The translations under genes were made by a program, and so were the position numbers. Under the pieces are notes generated by a model. It did no database searches and had not been told where the DNA came from. It saw nothing but the letters and a program-made list of their open reading frames with translations. This document shows, piece after piece, positions 1-14,019 of a stretch of DNA of 64,000 nucleotides; positions within the stretch are counted from its first letter, which is position 1, and the number at the start of each line of letters is the position of its first letter. The stretch comes from Eledone cirrhosa (Eukaryota): positions 1 through 64,000 of the forward strand of contig OZ024761.1 in the NCBI GenBank assembly GCA_964016885.1, in the 5' to 3' direction.

Positions 1-3000
1 CACCACAACAATAGCAACAAAACACCACAACAATAACAACAAAACCACCACAACAATAACAACAAAACACCACAACAATAACAACAAAACCATCACAATA
101 ACAATAAAACACCACAACAGCAACAAAACCATCACAACAATAACAACAAAACACTACAACAACAGCACAAAACCACCACAACAATAACAACAAAACACCA
201 CAACAATAACAACAAAACCATTACAACAATAACAACAAAACACCACAACAATAACAACAAAACCACCACAACAATAACAACAAAACCACCACAACAATAA
301 CAACAAAACACCAGAACAATAACAACAAAACACCACAACAATGGCAGTAACAATAACAACACCAGTAGCACTACCACCAGCGACAAAAATACCAGCATTA
401 TCACCACCACCATTATCACCACCAACACCATAACCACCATTATCACCACCAACACCAGTTCCAGCACCATCAGCGTCACCAGCATCACCACAACTACCAC
501 TAGCACCACAACTACCACTAGCACCACAACTACCACTAACACCACAACCACCACTAGCACCACAACTACCACTAGCATCACAATTACCACTAGCACCACA
601 ACCACCACAACCACCACTAGCACCACAACTACCACTAGCACCACAACCACCACTAGCAGCACAACTACCACTAGCACCACAACCACCACTAGCACCTCAA
701 CCACCACTAGCACCACAACTACCACTAGCACCATAACTACCACTAGCACCACAACCAACACTAGCACCACACCCACCACTAGCACCACAAACACCACTAG
801 CACCACAACCACCACTAGCACCGCAACTACCACTAGCACCGCAACTACCAGTAGCACCACAACCACCACTAGCACCTCAACCACCACTAGCACCACAACC
901 ACCACTAGCAGCACAACTACCACTAGCACCACAACTACCACTAGCACCACAACTACCACTAGCACCACAACCACCACTAGCACCACAACCACCACTAGCA
1001 CCACAACCACCACTAGCACCACAATTACGAATAGCACCACAACTATCACTAGCACCATAACTACCACTAGCACCACAACCACCACTAGCACAACAACCAC
1101 CACTAGCACTACAACCACCACTAGCACCACAACTATCACTAGCACCATAACTACCACTAGCACCACAACCACCACTAGCACCACAACTATCACTAGCACC
1201 ATAACTACCACTAGCACCACAACTACCACTAGCACCACAACCACCACTACCACCACAACCACCACTAGCACCACAACCACCACTAGCACCACAACCACCA
1301 CTAGCACCACAACCACCACTAGCACCACAACCACCACTAGCACCACAACTACCACTAGCACCACAACCACCCCTAGCACCACAACCACCACTAGCACCAC
1401 AACCACCACTAGCACTACAACCACCACTAGCACCACAACTACAACTAGCACCACAACCACCACTAGCACCACAACCACCACTAGCACCACAACCACCACT
1501 AGCACTACAACCACCACTAGCACCACAACTACAACTAGCACCACAACCACCACTAGCACCACAACCACCACTAGAACCACAACCACCACTAGCACCCCAA
1601 CCACCACTAGCACCACAAGAACAACAACTACCACTAGCACCACAACTACAACTAGCACCACAACCACCACTAGCACCTCAACCACCACTAGCACCACAAC
1701 CACCACTAGCAGCACAACTACCACTAGCACCACAACTACCACTAGCACCACAACCACCACTAGCACCACAACTACCACTAGCACCACAACCACCACTAGC
1801 ACCACAACAACCACTAGCACCACAACCACCACTAGCACCGCAATTACAAATAGCACCACAACCACCACTAGCACAACAACCACCACTAACACCACAACCA
1901 CCACTAGCACCACAACTATCACTAGCACCATAACTACCACTAGCACCACAACCACCACTACCACCACAACCACCACTAGCACCACAACTACTACTAGCAC
2001 CACAACCACCAGTAGCACCACAACCACCACTAGTACCACAACCACCACTAGCACCACAACTACCACTAGCACCACAACCACCACTAGCACCACAACCAAC
2101 CACTAGCACCTCAACTACCACTAGCACCACAACCACCACTACCACCACAACCACCACTAGCACCACAACTACCACTAGCACCACAACCACCACTAGCACC
2201 ATAACTACCACTAGCACCACAACCACCACTACCACCACAACCACCAGTAGCACCACAACCACCACTAGCACCACAACCACCACTAGCACCACTAGCACCA
2301 CTAGGACCACAACTACCACTAGCACCACAACCACCACTAGCACCACAACCACCACTAGCACCACAACCACCACTAGCATTACAACCACCACTAGCACCAC
2401 AACTACAACTAGCACCACAACCACCACTAGCACCACAACCACCACTAGAACCACAACCACCACTAGCACAACAACCACCACTAGCACCACAACCACAACT
2501 AGCACCACAACCACCACTAGCACTACAACCACCACTAGCACCACAACTACAACTAGCACCACAACCACCACTAGCACCACAACTACCACTAGCACCACAA
2601 CCACCACTAGCACCACAACCACCACTAGCACCATACCACCACTAGCACCACAACCCAACCACCACTAGCACCACAACCACCACTAGCACCATAACCACCA
2701 CTAGCAGCACAACCACAACTAGCACCACAACTACCACTAGCACCACAACCACCACTAGCACCACAACCACCACTGGCACCACAACCACCACTAGCACTAC
2801 AACCACCACTAGCACCACAACTACAACTAGCACCACAACCACCACTAGACCCACAACCACCACTAGCACTACAACCACCACTAGCACCACAACTACAACT
2901 AGCACCACAACCACCAGTAGCACCACAACCACCACTAACACCACAACCACCACTAGCACCACAACTACCACTAGCACCACAACCACCACTAGCACCACAA

Positions 3001-4112
3001 GAACAACAACTACCACTAGCACCACAACCACCACTAGCACCACAACCACCACTAGAACCACAACCACCACTAGCACCACAACCACCACTAACACCACAAC
3101 TACAACTAGCACCACAACTACCACTAGCACCACCAATACCACTAGCACCACAACTACAACTAGCACCACAACCACCACTAGGACCACAACCACCACTAGC
3201 ACCACAACCACCACTAGAACCACAACCACCACTAGCACCACAACTACCACTAGCACCACAACTACAACTAGCACCACAACCACCACTAGCACCACAACCA
3301 CCACTAGAACAACAACCACCACTAGCACCACAACCACCAATAGCACCACCACTATCACCTAACTACCACCACTATCACCACCGCCACCACCACTATCACC
3401 CCCCCACCACCACCACTATCACCACCGCCACCACCACTATCACCACCGTCACCACCACTACTATCACCACAACCACCACCACCACTACTATCACCACAAC
3501 CACCACCACCACTATCACCACAACCACCACCACAACTATCACCACCACCACTACCACTACCACCACTACCACAACCACCACCACCACTATCACCACCACC
3601 ACTACCACAACCACCACTACCACAACCACCACTACCACAACCACCACCACCACTATCACCACCACCACTACCACAACCACCACTACCACAACCACCACCA
3701 CCATTATCACCACCACCACCACCACAACCACCACCACTACTACCACCACCACCACAACCACCACCACCACCACTACCACCACCACCACCACTATCACCAC
3801 AGCCACCACCACCACTATCACCACCACCACTACCACCACCACCACTACCACAACCACCACCACCATTATCACCACCACCACTACCACCACCACCATTACC
3901 ACCACAACCACCACCACCACCACAACCACCACCACTACTACCACCACCACCACCACAACCACCACTACAACCACCATCACCACCACCACCACCACCACCA
4001 CCACCACCACAACCACCACCACCACCACCACCACTACTACCATCACCACTACCACCACCACTACTACCATCACCACCACCACTACCACCACCACCACCAC
4101 TATTACCACAAC
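1..4112. repeat. Compound low-complexity satellite: (ACA/ATA)-rich block, ~18-bp ACCACTAGCACCACAACC tandem array, then (ACC)n-rich block
   Basis: Periodicity is directly visible; register slips near 2099, 2650 and 3358. Source of the poly-Val and poly-Gly ORFs. Confidence 0.95.
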
Positions 4113-4400
4113 AACTGTAAATCAGATCCATGCCAGCAAGTCAGCTGTTTCTATGTTATTAAATCTTGTAATGTAATGAAAAAAGCGCCATCTTTAAACA
4201 TGTCTGACAGTTTGATAAAAACAACAACAAAATAAAATAATATAAAATACAAATCCAACAAAAATTCTGTTCAGTGTTGTCATAGCAACCATTGTCACTT
4301 CCCTGTTTCCTCTCCTTTTATACACTAACAACACACATTGTTTCACATAACAATACAGGATAGGATTATATATATATATATATATATATGTATTTATATT

Positions 4401-4433
<33 letters not shown>

Positions 4434-4508
4434 ATATATATATGTATGTATATATATATATGTATGTATATATATATATATATATGTATGTATATATATA
4501 TATGTATG

Positions 4509-4561
<53 letters not shown>

Positions 4562-4601
4562 ATATATATATATATGTATGTATGTATATATATATATAAT
4601 G

Positions 4602-4637
<36 letters not shown>

Positions 4638-4879
4638 ATGTATGTATATATATATATATATATAATGTATGTATATATATATATATATATAATGTATGTA
4701 TATATATATATATATATAATGTATGTATATACGTGTGTATATGTATATATATATGTATGTGTGTATGTATGTATATATGTGTTTATATGTATATATATTG
4801 TGTGTGTGGGTGTGTGTATACACGTGTATGTGTATGTATATGTTTATATATTTATATATAGATATACTGCTAGAATTTT

Positions 4880-4953
<74 letters not shown>

Positions 4954-5860
4954 CACACACACACACACATACATTATATATATATATGTCGTAGCAACAG
5001 CAATCGCACCCGAATTTTCTCGGGTTTGTCAATACCTGACGTAAATACAATCACACCAATTCCACTATGTTCTGGATAAATTGCTTCTTTGAAAAAACAA
5101 CAACAAAGCAACACACAATCAATATATGTTGCCAATCTTAAGATGTTCTGGAAAAGCTGATTCACTTAGAAATTTTTGCTTGAAAACAATTCAGAAAATG
5201 GCTTCACAGAATCACACACACACAAAACATTAAAACAAAATAATGAACCTAGAATAAATTCTTAGTCTTTAGTTATCTTTTTTTATTTTCTAGAAAAGAA
5301 ACCAAAAATACAATTTATTTTTTTTCTCTATAATATTACGACTAATTTACACAATTACTTCAAATGAATTGTTTTCTTAATCAGTGACTTTATTTTTTTC
5401 TTCTCCCGATATTTATTGCAGTGCTTGCGGGAGTATACAATATCCTTAAGATTTTCTGAGATCGTAGAATGTATGAGAAGAAAAAAAAACAATGTCGGAT
5501 TAGCTTATGATTTTCTCCTTGAAAAAACTTAAACAAAAAACCAAAATACACACAATTGCCCCACTGTAAAAATTTTAGCAAGGACATTTTAGACCCTTCC
5601 CCCAATAAAAAAAAGGGGGGAGGATGTGTTCTGCAACTTAGAATATATACAGTGGTTTGTATACCAGATATATCAGAAGATGAATACATGATCACAGTTA
5701 TAACGAACCTATTTCTTTTCTGGAGAGCGTTTAGCTAGTTAGATAAATAGATAGAAAGATTGGTACATGGGGTGATAGATACATGGGAACATGGATAGAT
5801 GGGGAGTAGCTACATAGATAGATAGATAGATAGATGGGGAGTTAGATAGATAGATAGATA

Positions 5861-6247
5861 AATTTCTTTATTCGCCACAAGGGCGCAAAAGGTGGGGAGT
5901 TTACATACATGCGTGTAAAGATGGGGACAAATACAAAGTGGGGAGTTTACATACATGCGTGTAAAAAAGAATTTATAACAATGATAATAAATTAAACAAT
6001 CGAAATCCCCAATAGCGGGGAGGCGTTACACAGGGGTTGTACACACCCCGAAAAATGTACAACCCTCATCTCCAGGAGCACGAAGAGTGAGCGCTCTCTT
6101 CCTCTCTTCTTCTTCCTCCTCAACCTACAGGTTTATATACAGAGAAGGCCCAACCACTCGGGCCATTCTTGCCACATTCACCCACCTTTCAGAAAATTTG
6201 CTGGGGTGCAGCACCTCCCTCTCTACTCTGATTCTTCTTCTAAAGTG
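5861..6247 (-). mobile_element. 5'-truncated Tx1/L1-type LINE 3' end inserted in (GATA)n
   Basis: Minus-strand ORF end YHFRRRIRVEREVLHPSKFSERWVNVARMARVVGPSLYINL* resembles Tx1-type ORF2 C-termini. The 3' UTR ends GGCGAATAAAGAAATTT and (GATA)n lies on both sides. Confidence 0.65.
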
Positions 6248-6621
6248 ATAGATAGATAGATAGATAGATAGATAGAAACAAGCATGCAGACAGACAAACG
6301 ACAGACATACAGATGGAAGAAAGGAAGGAAGGAAGTGGACGAAAATAACCATAATGCCATTCTATTAAAAGACAAGACCTTCCTGTAGTTTTAATTGTAG
6401 TAATGAATGAAACGATTCTGTCATTGTAATAAACCAAATTACTGGTGATTCACACAAAGCAATTATAATATAGTAACTGTCTGGCTGGGATAGTTAATAT
6501 CTATTTCTATACTTTAAAGAGTCTATATAATGTAGTGTGTTCTGGTGTCCTTGACCGCAGGGCTACCTCCCTGCTTACCACCACCGGCACAGAGTCGGCT
6601 ACCCACAGGGATCTATAACAT

Positions 6622-6905
6622 TTAAAGTTTGTCTCGAGCCAGGAGGTTCATCAGGCTTGTGTTTATCCCGGTTTCCATGGCGTTAAGCGACTGAGATTAC
6701 AAGACACCCCCCTGGACAGGACGCCAATTCATCGCATGGTTAATCTCCCAGCTATTGCTGGTACTCATTTTTAGTTGAGTATACTGGAGCAACATGAAAT
6801 GAAGTGTCTTGCTGAAGAACACAACACACAACCCAGTCCAGAAATTGAACCTACAACATTATGGTAGTAAGTTCAACACCCTTACCACTAAGCCACGCGC
6901 TTCCA
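6622..6905 (-). mobile_element. tRNA-headed SINE family 2 (CORE/V-domain-like centre)
   Basis: Reverse strand has A box TGGCTTAGTGG, B box GGTTCAATTTC, then TTGTGTTCTTCAGCAAGACACTT. The head is shared with 37220 and 60040. Confidence 0.75.
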
Positions 6906-7046
6906 TACCCACGGCCATGTAATGCCCCCAGCGAACCCACCCCTATTCCAGAGGGACCTGCCTACACGTAAATAGTAAATGGTATATAATAAATAATATA
7001 AATATATAGTGTGTATAAATAAACATTATATATTTTTGTATTGTAC

Positions 7047-7102
<56 letters not shown>

Positions 7103-7252
7103 GTATCATTTGATATTTAATATACTATTATATCATCTCTACCTCTCCACCCGTCCTTTGGCCCCAGCAATCCCTGGACCTTCTTAACGCCCTCTGGGGT
7201 GCAATGGGGTGGTAGCGCCCACTTTAAAAACCTCTGCTATACACACTACATT

Positions 7253-7412
7253 CGGACGCCATGCTTTCCAGCATAGTTACGTCCCTTTACGATTTGAGTT
7301 CAAATCTCGCCGAGGTTAACTTTGCCTTTCATCCTTACGGGGTCGATAAAATAAAGTACCAGTAATACACTGGGATAATTGGTGGCCTTGTGCCAAAAAA
7401 ATAGAAACAATT
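7253..7412 (+). mobile_element. tRNA-headed SINE family 1, 5'-truncated
   Basis: B box GAGTTCAAATC and shared core GCCTTTCATCCTTACGGGGTCGATAAAATAAAGTACCAG; more than 10 copies in the window. Confidence 0.85.
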
Positions 7413-8250
7413 ATATAGACTTTATTTGTATATACTCTCGTGTCTCAAATAATCCCCCACCCCTCACGTTTATTAATTTTTTAGATTTTTTTCCACACAC
7501 ACACACGCACACACATACCCACTCTCACACCACCGCTTATTAAATTTTTTAATTGATCTTCGCCGAAATTTTATTTTAAGTGGTAACGATAATTAATTTT
7601 CTTCAGACATTAAAAAAACCCATTATACATGACAAAAAAAATAGAACATTATAAGAAATTCAATACGTTACAAAATATATAGGATAGGTTAGGATATAAA
7701 TATGTAAACTAAACGACTAATTCTGGTTTTCAAAAAGTCAAGGGAGATAACCTAGAAAAATGATCGATTTTCCGCCCCACCGCCGCTTATTCGAACCTCC
7801 AATTATTCGTGACCCATGAGTGTATATATAAATATGCATATATATATAGAGAGAGAGAGTTTGTAACTAAGACTGCACCAACATGTATAAATATATATAC
7901 ATATTTATATACACATGTAAACATGCCGGAAAATACGAATTTCCCAGTAAATAAAAAGATAATAATAATCAACTTTAATCGATTTTTGAATGTAATTGGA
8001 CCCTCATCAGATGAAGTGTATATCATTCAATCAACCACAAGGAAACATGTATTTGATGGATATATATACCCATTTAATGCTGTAGTCGGGTCTATACTTT
8101 CCTTAGGTGACATTGAGCCAATCATCTGAGAAACGCGCGTCACAGGTCGATTTTTCAATAAAACCATGGATATATGTAAACGAAACTTCATCGTAATTTT
8201 TTTACTTATCATATATTCTGCCTGTGTATTGAGTGCTCATATTGGTACCA

Positions 8251-8340
<90 letters not shown>

Positions 8341-8736
8341 GTATGTATGTATGTATGTATATGTATGTATATATATGTGTGTGTGTGTGTATATATGTAT
8401 ATATATATGTGTATATATATATGTATCTATGTATATGTATGTATATATATATGTGTGTGTGTGTGTATATATATGTATATATATATGTGTGTATATATAT
8501 ATATATGTATGTATGTATATGTATGTATATATATGTTTGTATGTATATGTTTGTATATATATATAGTATGTCTATATATATGTTTGTATATGTATGTATA
8601 TATATGTTCGTATATGTATGTATATGTATGTTTGTATATATATGTATATGTATGTTTGTATATATATGTATATATATGTATGTATATATATGTTTGTATA
8701 TATATATATATATGTGTGTATATATATGTATGTATG

Positions 8737-8767
<31 letters not shown>

Positions 8768-9029
8768 GCACGTATATATATGTATATATATAATATATAT
8801 ATATTATTGTTGAATAAAAGCTGAGCTAATCATTACTGATTATAGATCTTTGATCATAGGTTTACTGTATAATGACTGACCTGGGGTTAAATAAAACCCA
8901 ACAACAACAACAATAATATTTCTTGGACCTAATGAATGTGTTTCTGTATTTATAGGGAGCTAGAATTAATGGAGGAACCAGGGAAAAATAACTGCTTGAA
9001 GGGGAGAAAGTATGTTATGATTTGATATG

Positions 9030-10079
9030 TGGAGATATGTGTGTGTGTGTGAGATGTGTGTGTGTGTGTGTGAGAGATGTGTGTGTGTGTGTGTGTGTGA
9101 GATGTGTGTGTGAGAGAGAAATGTGTGTGTGTGTGTGAGAGAGAGATGTGTGTGTGAGAGAGAGATGTGTGTGTGTGAGAGAGTGGTGGAGATGTGTCTT
9201 GTGTGTGAGAGAGTGGTGGAGATGTGTGTGTGAGAGAGTGGTGGAGATGTGTGTGTGTGTGAGATGTGTGTGTGTGTGTGTGAGAGATGTGTGTGTGTGT
9301 GTGTGAGAGATGTGTGTGTGAGAGAGAAATGTGTGTGTGTGTGAGAGAGAGATGTGTGTGTGTGTGAGAGAGAGATGTGTGTGTGAGAGAGAGATGTGTG
9401 TACGTGAGAGAGAGAGAGATGTGTTTGTGTGTGAGAGAGATGTGTGTGAGAGAGAGAGTGGTGGAGATGTGTGTGAGAGAGAGAGAGAGATGTGTGTGTG
9501 TGAGAGAGTGGTGGAGATGTGTGTGTGTGAGAGAGTGGTGGAGATGTGTGTGTGTGTGAGAGTGGTGGAGATGTGTGTGTGTGTGAGAGAGAGAGAGATG
9601 TGTGTGTGTGAGAGAGTGGTGGAGATGTGTGTGTGTGAGAGAGTGGTGGAGATGTGTGTGTGTGTGAGAGAGAGAGAGATGTGTGTGTGTGAGAGAGTGG
9701 TGGAGATGTGTGTGTGTGTGAGAGAGAGAGAGATGTGTGTGTGTGAGAGAGTGGTGGAGATGTGTGTGTGTGTGAGAGAGAGAGATGTGTGTGTGTGTGT
9801 GAGAGAGATGTGTGTGTGAGAGAGGGATGTGGAGATGTATGTGTGTGAGAGAGAGAGAGATGTGTGTGTGTGGTGAGAGAGATGTGTGTGTGAGAGAGAG
9901 AGAGATGTGGAGATGTGTATGTGTGAGAGTGGTGGAGATGTGTGTGTAAGAGAGAGAGAGATGTGTGTGTGTGTGAGAGAGAGAGAGGGATGTGTGTGTG
10001 AGAGAGAGAGAGAGAGATGTGTGTGTGTGTGAGAGAGAGAGATGTGTGTGTGTGTGAGAGAGAGCGAGAGATGTGGAGA

Positions 10080-10110
<31 letters not shown>

Positions 10111-11137
10111 TGTGTGTGAGAGAGAGAGAGAGAGATGTGTGTGTGTGAGAGAGAGAGATATGTGTGAGAGAGAGAGATGTGTGTGAGAGAGAGAGAGAGA
10201 GATATGTGTGAGAGAGAGAGATGTGAGTGTGAGAGAGAGAGAGATGTGTGTGTGAGAGAGAGAGAGATGTGTGTGTGAGAGAGAGAGATATGTGTGTGTG
10301 AGAGAGAGAGAGATGTGTGTGTGAGAGAGAGAGAGATGTGTGTGTGAGAGAGAGAGATATGTGTGTGAGAGAGAGATGTGTGTGAGAGAGAGAGAGAGAG
10401 ATATGTGTGAGAGAGAGAGATGTGAGTGTGAGAGAGAGAGAGATGTGTGTGAGAGAGAGAGAGAGAGATGTGTGTGAGAGAGAGAGAGATATGTGTGAGA
10501 GAGAGAGAGAGATGTGTGTGAGAGAGAGAGAGAGAGATATATGTGTGAGAGAGAGAGATGTGAGTGTGAGAGAGAGAGAGATGTGAGTGTGAGAGAGAGA
10601 GAGATGTGTGTGTGAGAGAGAGAGATATGTGTGTGAGAGAGGAGATGTGTGTGAGAGAGAGAGAGAGAGAGATATGTGTGAGAGAGAGAGATGTGAGTGT
10701 GAGAGAGAGAGAGATGTGAGTGTGAGAGAGAGAGAGATGTGTGTGTGAGAGAGAGAGAGATGTGTGTGTGAGAGAGAGAGATGTGTGTGTGAGAGAGATA
10801 TGTGTGTGTGAGAGAGAGAGAGAGATGTGTGTGTGAGAGAGAGATGTGTGTGTGAGAGAGAGAGAGATGTGTGTGTGAGAGAGAGAGATATGTGTGTGAG
10901 AGAGAGAGATGTGTGTGTGAGAGAGAGAGAGATGTGTGTGTGAGAGAGAGAGATATGTGTGTGAGAGAGAGAGAGATGTGTGTGTGAGAGAGAGATGTGT
11001 GTGTGAGAGAGAGAGAGATGTGTGTGTGAGAGAGAGAGATATGTGTGAGAGAGAGAGATGTGAGTGTGAGAGAGAGAGAGATGTGTGTGTGAGAGAGAGA
11101 GAGATGTGTGTGTGTGAGAGAGGAGAGATGTGAGTGT
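9030..11137. repeat. Compound (GA)n/(GT)n satellite
   Basis: Directly visible; source of the 737-aa Ser/Leu/His/Thr pseudo-ORF. Confidence 0.95.
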
Positions 11138-11700
11138 TAGAGAAAGATTCTCCCAGAGGTACAGGTCTTCGTATAACAATAGTTTGGTGTAGTGGGTGGG
11201 TTGTGGTGGTCGGGTGTGATGGTAGTAAGTGATGTGTACAGGGATGGTGTGGTCTGCTGGTGATTTTTTCTGGTGTGGTGTAGTGTGGTGTAGTGATGTA
11301 GTGTGTGTGTGTATTTTTTCAGGTGTGGTGTAGTATGGTGGTGTGGTGTTTTTGTTTTCAAATGTGGTGTAGTGTGGTTATGTGATGTTTTTTTTCTTGG
11401 TGTGGTGTAGTGTGGTGGTGTGATGTTTTTTCTGGTGTGGTGTAGTGGAGTGTGGTGGTGTGGTGTGGTGGTGTGATGTTTATTTCTGGTGTAGTGTGGT
11501 GGTGTGGTGTAGTGTGGTGGTGTGATGTTTTTTTCTGGTGTGGTGTAGTGGAGTGTGGTGGTGTGGTGTAGTGTGGTGGTGTGATGTTTTTTTCTGGTGT
11601 GGTGTAGTGGAGTGTGGTGGTGTGGTGTAGTGTGGTGGTGTGATGTTTTTTTTCAGGTGTAGTGTGGTGGTGTGATGTTTTTTTCTGGTGTGGTGTAGTA

Positions 11701-11891
11701 TAATTGTTTCTACTATTGGCACTAGGCCAGCAATTACCCAGTACATTACTGGTACTTTATTTTATCAACCCGAGAAGGATGAAAGGTAAAGTTAACCTCG
11801 GCGGGATTTGAACTCAGAATGGCAAGGGCCGTAACTCTATGCGTCAAAGTATGGCGTCCGACCCTCTACCGATACTGCCAATTCACCGCCC
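11701..11891 (-). mobile_element. SINE family 1, full length
   Basis: Reverse complement of GGCGGTG..TTGGCAGTATCGGTAGAGGGTCGG...GTAGAAACAATTA. Confidence 0.85.
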
Positions 11892-11984
11892 TGGTGTGGT
11901 GTAGTATAATGACGTGTTGTGTACTGGCGAAGTATTGTGGCGTGTAGTATGCTAATTCTCCGCCCTAATAATAATAATAATAAA

Positions 11985-12237
11985 CCCGAATATGGATGAA
12001 GTAAACTGAAACAATACCTATGATAATAGCTGCTCCAGGAACGATTAAAAAAATACAGATAGATACACAACCAATTCCCCGGGACTTACAAATATATTCA
12101 ACATAAAAAGTATAATACTAGCAGGCAATGCTCACATATTACGAAAATTACTCTCAATACAATAGTAACACTATTACCAAAAAGACCTAGTGCATTTCCC
12201 CAAGGCACACAGTGCTGCGTTCGGTAATGCAGTGACA
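11985..12237 (+). mobile_element. Decayed 3' end of an R4/Dong-type (RLE) LINE next to (TAA)n
   Basis: Frameshifted translation ..TETIPMIIAAPGTIKK../PGLTNIFNIKSIILAGNAHILRKLLSIQ* resembles the R4/Dong C-terminal 'LLGTAHILRK' motif; preceded by (TAA)5. Confidence 0.6.
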
Positions 12238-12245
12238 ATGTGCAA

Positions 12246-12863
12246 TGGGGTTGACTTAATCGACTATCCCCTCCCCTTCAAATTGCTGGCCTTGTGCCTA
12301 TATAAGAAACCATTATCGGTAGAGGGTCGGACGCCATGCTTTCCAGCATAGTTACGCCCCTTTACGATCTGAGTTCAAATCCCGCCGAGGTTGACTTTGC
12401 CTTTCATCCTTACGGGGTCGATAAAATGAAGTACCAGTAATGCACTGGGTGATTGCTGGCCTTGTGCCTAAAGTAGAAACAATTATTAAAATGAGACTAT
12501 TAATAATTGTTTCTACTTTTGGCACAAGGCCAGCTATTATCCCAGTTTATTACTGGTACTTTATTTTATCGACCCCGTAAGAATGAAAGGCAAAGTTAAC
12601 CTTGGCGGGATTTGAACTCAGACCATAAAGGGCGGTAACTATGCTGCAAAGCATGGCGTCCGACCCTCCTCCGATACTGCCAATCCACCACCCTATCTAT
12701 TAATAATGGTTTCTTATATAGGCACAAGGCCACCAAATTAGGGGGGGGGGTAGATTAAATCGCCCCCAGTGCATTACTGGTACTTTGTTTTATCAACCCT
12801 GTAAGGATGAAAGGCAAAGTCAACCTCGGCGGGATTTGAACTCAGACCGTAAAGGGACGTAAC
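12246..12863. mobile_element. Cluster of SINE family 1 copies: + strand 12246-12487, - strand 12500-12693 and 12700-12863
   Basis: Same B box and central core in both orientations. Confidence 0.85.
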
Positions 12864-13113
12864 AACAATAATAATAGGAGTGAAGTAGCAATCGATGTAA
12901 CTAGATTAGTTGTAAAACGTCAAATGGTGTTTGGTCGAGATTTTAGTTGTGAAGACAAGTGACGAAGATGGTGAACGAAAGAGCAACATGGAAACGAGAA
13001 AGAGAGGAGAAATAGCAGAGAAAAATTGATACATTTATTTATAAACCATTAGAGAAAGACTTTAAAAATATATTATCACACGATCAATATTAAATATTAC
13101 GACAATGAAATAT

Positions 13114-13314
13114 TCACAATGGCAATTTATCGATAGTGTGCAGACATCGTCTGCAGTTATTGAATACATAAAGACAGCAGAAAGATGGTTTGCATCGCTG
13201 ATGTGAAATTTCATTGAGTGGTGTCTGATCTACTTGTAAACACCAACTAAACAATGAAGAATAACACGTGTCTAATCGAGAACTAATTGAAGTAATGGGC
13301 AAAGATTTCGCCAT
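13114..13314 (-). CDS. Candidate 66-aa Cys-rich small ORF of unknown function
   Basis: ATG-to-TGA ORF in non-repetitive sequence (MAKSLP...CKPSFCCLYVFNNCRRCLHTIDKLPL). No homologue recognised. Confidence 0.25.
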   Translation of the reverse strand: MAKSLPITSISSRLDTCYSSLFSWCLQVDQTPLNEISHQRCKPSFCCLYVFNNCRRCLHTIDKLPL

Positions 13315-13364
13315 TTAATTGGTAATAATACAGATATTTGTCCATTCTGTTCGTTCAATCATCT

Positions 13365-13920
13365 TTTTGATTCTCCAGATTGAACAATAGATAGATAGAG
13401 CATAGTTAGAATGTTTACTGAGTTGGCCACAGAAATATAGTATTAAGTGAAAAACAGTTTGATTCGTTCTCCTCTTTGCGATAAAACAAGCGATAAAATC
13501 TAGTTTCAATTTCACTGAGTTGTCCACAGTTATATAGTATTAAGGGGTAAACTATTTTGATCCTCCAGATTGAACAAGAGACTAACTTATCTCCATTTAA
13601 CTGAGTTGTCCACAGAAATATATTAAATGAACAACATTTTGATCCTCCAAATCGAACAAGATATAGAACGTAGTCTCAATTACACTGAGTTGTCCACAGA
13701 AATATAATATTAAGTGAACAAAATTGTGATCCTCCAAATCGAACAAGAACTTTAGAAACTAATCAGAATTACACAGAATTGTCCACAGAAAAACAATATT
13801 ATGTAAAAAAAAAAAAAGCATTTTTGATCTTCATAATTGAACAAGACAGAAAGTATTCTCAATTTCACTGAATTGTCCACAGAAATATAATATTAAGAAG
13901 AAAAAAAAAAGCAGTTTGGA
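13365..13920. repeat. Diverged tandem repeat, ~6 units of 84-97 bp
   Basis: Block CTGAGTTGTCCACAG recurs near 13418, 13515, 13601, 13685, 13774 and 13868, alternating with TTTGATCCTCCARATYGAACAAGA. Confidence 0.9.
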
Positions 13921-14019
13921 ATTCATAGAATTAACTTATCGTTATTTGTTTACTCTACTTAATTTGTTAAACTCTTATACTAAAACATTCGTATATTAAG
14001 TCTCTCTCTCGCTCACTCT

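Noticed and set aside
340-4112. Mucin-like (TTSTTT)n reading on the + strand and poly-Val ORFs on the - strand
   Set aside because: No start or signal peptide in that frame, several register shifts, and it grades into pure trinucleotide repeat. Best read as a satellite.
7433-7823. Possible MITE with degenerate inverted ends
   Set aside because: End similarity is weak and there is no second copy in the window.
8101-8146. GAAACGCGCGTC hammerhead half with upstream hairpin
   Set aside because: No CUGAnGA or stem I partner found, so not counted.
13365-13920. CRISPR-like repeat/spacer look and DnaA-box-like TGTCCACA
   Set aside because: Linkers are related to each other, repeats are degenerate, there are no cas genes, and the context is eukaryotic.
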